From Chiloscyllium plagiosum (lineage: Eukaryota), in NCBI RefSeq assembly GCF_004010195.1, contig NC_057718.1, positions 65,680,919-65,744,918 on the forward strand: 64,000 nucleotides of DNA. Direction: 5' to 3'. Positions within the stretch are counted from its first letter, which is position 1. Every line of letters starts with the position of its first letter. The notes beneath the pieces were generated by a model. That model was not told where the DNA came from, did no database searches, and saw only the letters and a list, made by a program, of their open reading frames with translations. This document shows positions 37,476 through 48,610 of the stretch, in pieces. A program made the position numbers and the translations under genes.

Positions 37476-38149
37476 ACTGGTCACATTAAGATGTCCGATC
37501 TGCCTCAAGAGAGAGGAATAGATTCATATAAAAGATGTGCTGAAGAGTGATACATAGAAAAGACTGGGGTTTGCAATTTAGTGTGGAATGACACCCCCCC
37601 TTTCCTGCCCTGATCATTAACACCTTCTCAAGGGCAACTAGGGATGGCCAATAAATGCTGGCTAGTCAGCTATGCCCACATACCACAAGTAATTTTTTCT
37701 ATAAAAAAACCAAGTCTATCAATTTTTCAGGAGTGAGGTACCGCACTCCAGCTCACTTCCTCTGCTACTTCCAGCTGCATCTGTTTGCTTTCTGGTGCTC
37801 TTCTCTGCTTGTCTTCCAAAAAAAAGAGAAGGCTTCTGTGGGGCAGGAGGGGAACCTTGAGACTTGAGAACTGACCTCAAGTGGGATAATTATGCAAGCA
37901 GATAATTGTTGGCTTGTGAGTTTTAATGTTCCCTTCTATTCTAAATGCTCCAGTTTAAATATAGTACTAAGAATATTTTAGACCTTTATTAAATTTATGA
38001 TTTAATTAATTTACAGTTATATTAAGTAGCTTATCATTGAATGCATTTCAAAACTTGAAATGATAACAGTTTACTCAGAATATAATAAAGATGGGCATGA
38101 CAGTTAATATGACTTGCTTAGGCCAGATCTAAGATTTGAAGTTCTAATT

Positions 38150-40770
38150 GGAGAAAGGCTAATTTTGACAGTATTAGGCAAGAACTTTCTAAAGCTGATC
38201 GGGGGCAGATATTTGCAGGTAAAGGGACAGCTGAAAAACAGGCAGCCTTCAGAAATGAGATAACAAGAGTCCAGAGACAGTATATTCCTGTTAGGGTGAA
38301 AGGAAAGGCTGATAGGTGTAGGGAATGCTGGATGACGAGAGAAATTGAGGGTTTGGTTAAGAAAAAAAAGGAAGCTTATGCCAGGTATAGGCAGGATAGA
38401 TCGAGTGAATCCTTAGAAGAGTATAAGGCAGTAGGAGTATACTTAAGAGGGAAATTAGGAGGGCAAAAAGGAGACATGAGATAGCTTTGGCAAATATGGT
38501 GAAGGAGAATACAAGGAATTTTTACAAATACACTAAGGACATAACTAGAGAGAGAAAAGGCCCCTCAAAGATCAGCAAGGTGCCCTTTGTGTGGAGCCGC
38601 AGGAGATGGGGGAGATACTAAACAAGTATTTTGCAACAGTGTTTACTATGGAAAAGGACATAGAAGATATAAAATGTAGGGAAATAAATGGTGACATCTT
38701 GAAAAATGTCCATATTACAAAGGAGGAAGTGCTGGATGTCTTGAAACACATAAAAGTAGATAATTCCCCAGGACCTGATCAGGAGTCCCCAAGAACTCTG
38801 CGTGAAGCTAGGGAAGTGATTGCTGGGTTCCTTGCTGAGATATTTGTATCATCTATATTCACAGGGGCGGTGCCGGAAGACTGGAGGTTGGCTAACGTGG
38901 TACCACTATTTAAGAAAAGTGGTAAGGACAAGCCAAGGAACTGTAGGCTGGTGAGCCAGATGTCGGTGGTGGGCAGGTTGTTGGAGGGAATCTTGAGGGA
39001 CAGGATGTACATGTATTTGGAAAGGCAAGGACCGATTAGGGATAGTCAATATGGCTTTGTGCGTGGGAAATCATGTCTCACAAACTTGAATGAGGTTTTT
39101 GAAGAAGCAATAAAGAGGATTAATGAGGGTAGAGGGGTAGATGTGATCTACATGGACTTCAGTAAGGCGTTCGACAAGGTTCCCCATGGGAGGCTGGTTA
39201 GCAATGTTGGATCTCATGGAATGTGGGAAGAACTAGCCCAGGGGTGGGGAACCTGCGGCCTTAAGGCCTCATGTGGCCTTCTAGGCCATTGTGTGTGGCC
39301 TTTTGAATGAATCCAAATTTTGCAGAACAAATCTTTTATTTTTTATTAATATATTTTTTGTCCTTTATTATTTTTATTTTAATCTTAAAATGAATGTATT
39401 TAAAATACCAGAGAGTAAAACTGCAGACTTCCATGCTGCAACCAAATATTCAAATGCTTTCCTACAAAAAGCAGTCACAACAAAGTCATTAAAAGGTTAG
39501 TTAACTTTAGATTAACTTTTTTCCTTTTTTCCGTTAGTACATAGTAGTTAGATTTTTACAAAATAATGTGAATTTTGAAGAATATATAATTGAAGTTTCT
39601 TGGATGCGGCCTTATGCGATTACAACTAACGTAATGCGTCCTTCCAACATGAAAAGGTTCCCCACCTCTGAACTAGCCATTTGGATACAGAACTGGTTCA
39701 AAGGTAGAAGACAGAGGGTGGTGGTGGAGGGTTGCTTTTCAGACTGGAGGCCTGTAACGAGTGGAGTGCCTCAAGGATCTATGCTGCGTTCACTGCTTTT
39801 CGTCATCTATATCAATGATTTGGATGTGAGCATAAGAGGTGTAGTTAGTAAGTTCGCAGATGACACCAAAATTGGAGGTGTAGTGGACAGCAAAGAAGTT
39901 ACCTCAGATTACAACGGGATCTTGATCAGATGGGCTAATGGGATGAGGAGCGGCAGACAGAGTTTAATTCTGATAAAAGCAAGGTGCTGCATCTTGGGAC
40001 AGCAAATCTTAGCAGAACTTATACACTTAATGGTAAGGAGGTCAGGACTGTTGCTGAACAAAGAGACCTTGGAGTGCATGTTCATCGCTCCTTAAAAGTG
40101 GAGTCACAGGTAGATAGGATAGTGAAGAAGGCATTTGGTATACTTTCCTTTATTGGTCAGACTATTGAGTACAAGAGCTGGGAGATCATGTTGCAGCTGT
40201 ACAGGACGTTGGTTTGGCAACTTTTGGAATATTGCATGCAATTCTGGTCTTCTTCCTATCAGAAGGATGTTGTGAAACTTGAAAGGGTTCAGAAAAGATT
40301 TACAAGGATGTTGCCAGGGTTGGAGGATTTGAGCTATAGGGAGAGGTTGAATAGGCTGGGGCTGTTTTCTCCAGAGTGCCGGAGGCTGAAGGGTGAACTT
40401 ATAGAGGTTTATTAGCTCATGAGGGGCTTGGATAGTATATATAGACAAAGTGGTGGGGGAGTCCAGAACTAAAGGGCATAGTTTTAAGGTGAGAGGGGAA
40501 ATATATAAAAGAGACCTAAGGGGCAACGTTTTCACATAGAGGTAGTACGTGTATGGAATGAGCTGCCAGAGGATGTAGTGGAGGCTAGTACAATTGCAAC
40601 ATTAAAAGGCATCTGGATGGTTTTATGATTAGGAAGGAATTGGAGGGATATGGTTTGGGTGCTGGAAAATGGGATTAGATTAGGTTGGGATATTTGGTCG
40701 GCATGGACAAGTTGGATCGAAGGGTCTGTTTCCATGCTGTACATCACTATGATTCTATGACTCTATATGA
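38150..40770 (+). mobile_element. HER1/CR1 LINE, 5'-truncated, interrupted by a hAT MITE
   Basis: ORF 38591-39310 (PEDWRLANVVPLFKK, QYGFVRGKSCLTNL, YMDFSKAFDKVPH), then SKFADDTKIGG; tail (ctatga)n at ~40745-40770. Confidence 0.95.
39239..39670. mobile_element. Non-autonomous hAT (Charlie-type) DNA transposon, 432 bp
   Basis: TIRs CAGGGGTGGGGAACCT and AGGTTCCCCACCTCTG (15/16 match); perfect 8-bp TSD AACTAGCC at 39231-39238 and 39671-39678. Removing the element restores the LINE sequence. Confidence 0.93.
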
Positions 40771-41419
40771 CAATGTCGCCTTGATTTTAAATAAAGACAA
40801 AAACAGAAATATGAAGAAAGACTTGACTGTCATGAATTATGAAATTATGTTTAAAGAAAAAAAGATGGTAAGTAATTAGTGGCGGACTTCAAGGAGATAT
40901 TTTAAAGTTTTCTATTTAGAAAGACAGTCTCTCAGGAAGGATTCATAATTTATGGCTAACTGAGGAAGTTAAGAAAACTTTCAAATTGAATAAAATCTAG
41001 TCAGCCAGAAGATTAGAAAACATTTAGAAAAGCACACAGTATGGGTTTTTTTTAATAAGGGGAGAATTTGGAGATCAGTGAAATTAACAAAGATATAAAC
41101 AATTCGGTAGTAGTTTGACATACATACTTAAAAGGAAGAGAGTGCAAACAAAGTAAATTTTGTTCTCAGAGGATGAAATTAGGAATAAGAATATAGTCAT
41201 AAGTAATACTTCAGTTTGATAATAAAATCCACTTGGGGGTATGAGTTTTTACTGCAGATCTTCAGACTAATTCTCAATCCACAGATCTTTAAGCATGTTT
41301 GGCAAGATGCCATCCAAGATAGCAAGATTAGAGTGCTGGATTTACTTCCTTTTCTTCTCTGTAGTAACTCTGTGTTGTCATTAAGACATCATAAATTAAA
41401 GCATGATGTACTTTGATGG

Positions 41420-44400
41420 AGGTTGCTGCCATTTTGAGTGATTGCTCGCAAACTCCAACCAGTATTAGATCTCTATAATGTCAAAACATCTTGGAGAATT
41501 TCAAAGTGCTTTTGAGGACAAAGAAAACATTTCAAAGGACTCTTGGCTATTTGAGAGCTGAGAAAACAAGACTGGATAAGAGAGCTCCTTTTCATCCATC
41601 CAAGAAATGGGCTCAATCCATTGGAATAATTTTGTGAGGGGTTTTACCTAAATGTTTGTTGATCTGCTTTCAAGGAAGATCTTAGTGTTTCTGTGGTCCT
41701 CTGTTGAATCTGGAGGGTACAGTGGAGAGATTGCTCACTGAATTTTTCAATTGCTCTGTATGCCTCTGATACATAGTGCAGCTGTCTTTGCAGTGCAGCG
41801 GTGTAATGATGTCAATTGCTCTGTACACTAGCGGTTTTGTTGATTTTCTTTATTGTTGAAGGCTCCCCTGTCGTAGCTGTTAAGAAATCTAAGCTGCTCA
41901 GACATTGGATATCCTCATCTTTGGTGGCCTTTTCAGAGAGGAGACTGTCAAGGAATGGGAAAAATTCAACATATTCTAGAGTCTGTCCTTTAATATGTTT
42001 GGGATTGGGAATATTTGGCTGATTAAGCTGATGACAGTTTTGGTTTTGGCAATAATCAAAGAACAGGCCAAATATCATAAATCTGCAAATTGAAGAGTGG
42101 CACAACTGAACTGGGAAGAACTGTAATGTTTCACAAGCAATGTATAAATATATAAAATTCCACTGAGGCTGCCCAAATCACCAATTCACCTGACTGACTA
42201 CTACTTAGGACAAAGGTCATTCACACCTCATTTTATCAGTAACAGCGAAATTATACATTTACTTTTAGCAAAAAAAAGGATGGATTTCCAATCCACTACC
42301 TGAGCCTTCAAAACCTCAATTACACACTCAATTAGAGTTAAGGCAGGCAAAGTCAAATCATTTGACATAAACTATGGTTAGAAATTATTAGAGGGGATGT
42401 TTTTAGAAGACTTCCAAAAAGTCCCCACATCAGAGTTTAGCATGTGAAATTAAAGTGTATGGATTGGGGACAGTATACTGACATGGATAGAGAACTGTTT
42501 GGCAGACAGAAAACAATGAATAGGAATAAGTTGCAGCAAGTGACTAATGGGGAACTGCAGGAATCAGTGCTTGGACCTCAGATAGCCCCAATCAGAGGGA
42601 GTGGTGAAAAGGGTGCACAGATGTGTTGTATTCCAGCTGCAGACTTCCAAGATGGTGGGTTTTTTTTCACATCCACACTGTTCCTCTGGATTTGGGAGGA
42701 AAAATAAATCCCCCTCCAACTTGGGAATGCAACAATTGTAACTATCTTCAGCCAGGGAGATAAATCATGCTGTGGACAATTATGAAACATTAATATCTTG
42801 TCAATAGTATCAACTGTCTTTGTGGATTCACAATTGAGAAATTACTCGTTTCCAGTGTTGAAGGATGGAATTCTCAAACTTAGAAAGAGAAACACCACCC
42901 TGCAAGCCCTGATGGTTTCAAACATGCTTTGTGTGTCATCATAGTCAACATATATTTGGAAATCTTGGGCTTTCTCTTCCAAACACATATCATTTGTCTT
43001 CTGGATTTGACTTTGGGCATTTGCCTTGAGCAGTGGGGATGCTACAGCTTTGCAATGTTGGGTTGTTTTGCCAAGCAATATCAGCTGCTATTTTCTTCCT
43101 CTAAGATATCACATATTTGACATTGTTTTCATCAAACTAGTCCTGTTTACAGCAGTGATTCAACCCAAAGGTCTGGACAAATGAGTCTTGTACAGCTGAT
43201 TTTATTCAATCACACTGTTCTGGATTTAAAATTGTGTGTGCATAGATTTTCAAGTTTGCTCATGAGCTGCATTTGTTCAGGCTGCTTTACAACAGAATAT
43301 TAATTTTTAAATTTCCTTTTGAACCTTTGGATGTTGCAATGTCTTGGTGAAAGGCAGATCTCATTGCAGATTAACAAATCAAAGATCTATCGAGCAGGCA
43401 TCAGCCACTTGCGTGAACTTGGGATATAACCATCACATAGATCTTTGACTTGAATAATGACATTAGTCAGGATATGAAATTGTTTTGATGTCAGATACCT
43501 CCATGTGATTTTGTATTTGACCTTCCAGCAATAAAGTGTGTTTGAGATTTGAGGCCATGCTGAACACACTTCATCGTCGAAAAGTGTGGCACTGGAAAAG
43601 CAAAGCGGGTCAGGCAGCTTCTGAGGAGCAGGAAAGTCAACATTTCAGGCATAAGCTCTTCATCAGGAACATACTTCATCACCAAGAGAGCAATATTTGC
43701 ATTGTTCTGCGCCAGGCATCAGAGTGATAACCACCCAACCCTAGCATTAAAGTGTGTAGAAAGATTATCCTCTTTTGGAATGGCTCTGAGGATCCATCAA
43801 GGTCAGAATAGGACTTTTTGTTTGCATTTTCACCTGAGTCAATCCTTAATTGTTGATGACACTAGCATTTTAAAACGAAAAACCCTTCTCTTTCACTTGT
43901 ACAATTGGGGGGTTGTGACAGCGCATCCAAAATCCCATTCCAGTTGGCTGACAAATTGAACAAAGTTTGATGTCAACCTTTTTTTTTCCCGAGTCAAAGG
44001 TTTATCCTTCTGCTTGTTCTTTCAGCTTCCCCACCCGAGGAGGATGGTTCTCACTGATAATGCCAATGTCAATTCTGCAATATCTTGATGGCTAATATGA
44101 TACAAATTACAGTTTGTCTTTTTGGATAGTTAGTCTTGAAGATCATTCATGAATGTTTTCACATTACAAGTTGCAAAATTTAGAATTTCTTTCTTTGTGC
44201 ACAAAAGATAGTGATTCCTCAGCCAGTATTCCCCAACAAAGAGAAAATGTGACTGTCTGCTCTTCAGCCACCTTCTCTAGGCACTCCCCATTTGGGTTCA
44301 GTAACTACCAAAAGACACCTCTACCCAAACACGGGTGTCCAACAACTTCCATGTATTTGGTGTCCATAAGAAGGTTCTCGACTGGAAAATCCCACTTTCA

Positions 44401-44540
44401 CAGTCTTATTGCCAATGCCAATTCTCCATGGCCACAGGACTTGACAAATGGACCCCAGGAAAAGCTTCTGTGACTTTGGTTAATGTGGGGGAATCTTGGG
44501 ACACCATCTTTGTGCATCCAATCTTAACAGGTTGATGGTC
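41420..44540 (-). mobile_element. Ancient RTE-clade LINE fragments, with one inverted block and a CR1 piece at ~42380-42585
   Basis: LEYVEFFPFLDSLLSEKATKDEDIQ (41812-42105 -), EEKAQDFQIYVD (42842-43078 -), and WIWEE…NATIVTIFSQGDKSCCGQL on + at 42690-42800. Confidence 0.65.
43576..43666 (-). mobile_element. 91-bp Penelope family A mini-insertion
   Basis: Minus strand cctgatgaagagcttatgcctgaaatgttgac…cacacttttcgac; 14-bp TSD gaacacacttcatc/gaacatacttcatc (43562-43575, 43667-43680). Confidence 0.8.
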
Positions 44541-44988
44541 AGGTGTAATGCCAGAGTTCAAAAACACTGGGCAGAGAATGAATGGACCCCGTGTGAATGC
44601 TTGGTCTGTGCTCATCACTTTCTAAGAAAATTCAGAACGTGATATCACAGGGAAATAATGAGTATTGGGGTGGCTTAGTTTTTAAGGCTCCGGCTCTTCT
44701 ACCCCCTCAATCCCTGTACTTGCCTCATTCATAGTCGTACTTCTTATCACTGACCAGAGAACAAATTGGAAGATCCTATTTAAGGAGGTGACTACCTCTT
44801 GGAATGGTGTGTCCATGTACCATGCCTCTTCCCTGATACTTCGCAGAGTCTGTATTCACAAACCTATTGTTTCCCTATGATATCACATGTTAAATTTTCT
44901 CAGAACATGATGAGTCCACAGACCAAGCGGTTCCACATGGGGTCCACTCATTCTCTGACCACTGCTTTGGAACTCTGGCATGACACCT
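44541..44988. mobile_element. Unclassified MITE-like element with ~120-bp terminal inverted repeats
   Basis: 44541-44660 aligns to the reverse complement of ~44866-44988 at roughly 80% by eye. Confidence 0.65.
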
Positions 44989-45084
44989 TACTCAAATCTG
45001 ACCACCAATCTCTCAAGATTGTTCAAGAAATTCAAAATTCTTGCAGCTTCAGAATGGAGGAGCGAACTGAGGGTACAGGAAGCT

Positions 45085-46650
45085 ATCAACTTGGGAGCAG
45101 TAATAAAAATGCAGGTGGTGGGGTTAAGTATAGTCAGGGAGATAGACACGGATCTCTGCAACCAAGAGTGAGAGAGAATTCAGAAGGTTGTGTTGCTTAC
45201 CAATGCTAGAGTGCAGGGTATCTGCTCTGAGCAGGAGAATATCTTGCAGTAGGAGGGTGAGAATATCCAATTGTTGTGGTCCATGTAGGTGCCAATAATA
45301 TGGTTAAAACTAAAAAGAGGCTCTGCTGAGGAAGTATAAACACCTAGGGGATACATTTAAAAAGCAGATTCTCAAAAGGTAATACATTCTATATTAATTC
45401 CTGCCCAACATGCAAATTGCCATTGGGTAAACCAGAATAGGGAATTAAAAGATTGATACAATCAATAGCTTTCAATTCATGGGGAAAATGAGAGCAGAAC
45501 CGTTGACTCAGTCTTATCTTAAACCATGCTGGGAACTAGTGTTTTAGTGAATTGTATAAATAGGTTGGTGGAGAGAGCTTTGTACCAAATAATGAATGTA
45601 AAGAAGCAAATTGGAGAGAATGTGATAAAATAGGGGACAAGACAAGAGAGCATGGTATAAGTAAGGTAAATGATAATCAGAACTTAGCAGGTAGCAAGAG
45701 TATACAGTTTTATTGTGCCTGCAGATAAGGCTCTGGGAAAGGGAGGGAGAATTAAATTGATGGCTTTGTATCTGAATGCACTTACCATTCATTTAAAAAA
45801 GGATGAATTTATAGCTGAATTCAATAAAAATATGTCAGATCTCATTCACAAGAAGCATGGAGTAGGGAAGTCTTGCTGCAATTGAACGCCCCATTCGTGA
45901 GACCACATTTTAGAGTAGTGTGGATAGTTTTGGCCTCATTATTCAAGGAAGGATATGTTTTCATTGCGGATGCTTTAGAGAAGGCTCACCAATACTCATT
46001 CCTGGAATAAAGGGCTTTCTTAAAAGGAAAAATTGAGCAGATGGGTTTTATACTCATTGGAGTTTAAAATAATAAAGCGATGTTCTTATTGAAGCATAAG
46101 ATCTTAAAGGAGTTTGACAGGATAAATGTTGGGAGGATGTTTCCTATCTTAAGGGAATCTAGATCTAGGGACCATAGTTTCAAAATAAACAGTCTCCCAT
46201 TTAAGATGGAGATGAAATGAAACCTCTTCTCTTAAAGGGATGTTGGTGTTTGGAATCTTTTCTCCAGAGAGCAGTGAAGGTGAAATCATTGAATACATTC
46301 AAGACTACATTAGATTTTTGATCTTCAAGGGGAAAGTGAGGACTGCAGATGCTGGAGATCAGAGCTCAAAAATGTGTTGCTGGAAAAGCGCAGCAGGTCG
46401 GGCAGCATCCAAGGAGCAGGAGAATTGACGTTTCGGGCATAAACCATTCCTGAAGAAGGGTTTATGCCCGAAACATCGATTCTCCTGCTCCTTGGATGCT
46501 ACCTGACCTGCTGCGATCTTCAAGGGGAGTTAACAATTTCAGGGTAGACAGGAAAGTGGAGTTGAAGTCCCGGTCATATCAGCCATGATCTTATTGAATG
46601 ATGAAGCAAACATCAGGAGTTAACTGCCTAATCCTGCTCTTATTTCTCTT
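45085..46650 (+). mobile_element. Old CR1 with ORF1 esterase remnant, ORF2 start and 3' end; most of ORF2 missing
   Basis: VVGLSIVREID and PIVVVHVGANN (SGNH-like ORF1), LMALYLNA at ~45760, then directly VRPH…FWPHY and the tail. Confidence 0.65.
46334..46514. mobile_element. Fold-back Penelope family A mini-element with hammerhead motif (46450-46477 +)
   Basis: Inverted arms; CTGAAGA-A-GGGT(ttat)GCCC-GAAA-CATC; perfect 14-bp TSD gatcttcaagggga (46320-46333, 46515-46528). Confidence 0.88.
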
Positions 46651-47824
46651 GTTAACCTTTCTGTAATCCATTAAACCCAGCAGGATGATGTCAAGGAACA
46701 CTTGAAATCCAATATGCAGTCTTCAAAAACTGAGCCTGCATCTGTACCGATGTTCATTCAGTTTTGGCTTTTCAAGCTGGTCTTGGATTTGACCCGCACA
46801 GCATCGATTTGAATAATAGAACTAAAAGGACATGATCTACGCCATTCACAGACTCAGTTGTTCTCATTTCCACCAAACTAACTGTCAAATTAGTTCAAAA
46901 TCTGACATAATTAGCATAGCTGAGTAGATGATGCTGAAAACCACTTGCAGCCTCCACTGCTCCAAATTAGTTCAATATTTACATTAAGAATCAGTCTTAT
47001 GCACATCCCTCTGCCACTTCTAGGGTTTGTCTCCTCATTTCCTCAGTACCCAGAACAATAATCAATCAATCAGTTGTACAACTGGAGGGCCACAGTTGAT
47101 ATTTGATGCTCTGTTGCTCATATATGCTATTCCATTTTAGAATTCTACTTGCTTTGATAACAGCCACTGCACATTGGCAATTGTTGAATAGTATGCATTT
47201 GCTTCTGACTGTAACTATGTCAACAGTGCCGTGAGGTACACATACCACACTTTCTGGCACAATACATGTCTGCTACATCATTTCTATTACTGTTGGCCCT
47301 TTTATAAGAGTTATTTAATATATGTTACACATCACTGGTTGCTCATTCAGGTCAATGTCCTCTTCCCCTGTAACAGTATTTCTGAGTGTAAGCAAATTAC
47401 ACCGAGTTTCTGAATTTCTCATTTATGTAAGTTAGAAGCACTAGACCTCAAAACAGTTCCATTTAATTTCTTTCTGCTCTGTCTTGTGTACCAACACAAT
47501 TAGCACCCCATCCCACCCCCATAACATCAAATCACCAATACCTCCCAACAACTCTCAATGCTTAATGTCAACTAGGGTGTATGGATGTAATCTTGGAGAT
47601 TGCATCACATGGGATCCTCATGTCAGTTGTCTTGTTCCAGCATATTCTGTTCTCGCCTAATTATACCCATCCACTTTAAACCAATATAGACTTGATTTGT
47701 GCAAGACATGACCTGAAATTCTTCTTCTATATTAATTGCCAACTGAGTAAACTTTTCTGGTGAAAACAACACCTTGTGGAAACTCCACCCCGTATATTGC
47801 TCCCTTTTCCTTTTGTAAATGTTT

Positions 47825-48610
47825 TGCTTTATTGTTCACCAGCAGAGTTTTGGTGTCACTTACGAGGGTAGCATTAATTGCTCACTTCTAACTGCCATTT
47901 AGAAGGTATGGTTGATGAGCTGCCTTCTTGAACCACTGCAGTCCACTTGCTATAGATACATCCATGGTACTTTAAGGTGGGAGTTGCGGGAGTTTGGTCT
48001 AGTGACAGTGAAGGAACAGCAATATCATTTGCAGCTTGGATGGAAACTTGCAGATGGATGTGTTCCCATGTTCCAGCTGCCTTTGTTCTTCAAGGTGGTA
48101 GAGGTTGCAGAGTTTGCTGTTGGACAAACCTTGATGAGTTATTGGAGTATATCTTGTGATTGGTGCCAACTGCTGTTTATGTGCTGGTGATTCAGGCACG
48201 AAGCAAGCAGGCTGTATTGCCCTGAATGGTGTTGAGCTTCTTGAATATTGTTGGAGTTGCAGCTATCCATGTAAATTGAGAATATTCCATTACAGTCCTG
48301 ACTTGTGCCTTGTACCTAAAGGTTGAGGAACCAGGAGGTCAGTTAACTGCTGGAGAGTTTCCAACATTTTGACACGTCTTGTAACAAAGTTATTTTATGG
48401 TTGATCCAGTTAGTTTTTTGGCCAATAATGGTAAGCCCAAAATGCTGATGTTGGAGAATTCAGCAATTGTAATATTGTTGAAAATGAAGGGGAGGTGATT
48501 AAATACTCTCATTGGAGGTAGTAATTGCCTGACATTTGATATTATTTGCTATTTATCAACCCAAACAGAAATGTTACCCTGGTCTTGCAAATTACAAATA
48601 GGACTGAACA
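47825..48610 (-). mobile_element. Old L2/CR1-group LINE 3' fragment
   Basis: Reverse complement of the 19800-20095 type tail plus upstream YKAQVR-like ORF2 sequence. Confidence 0.7.
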
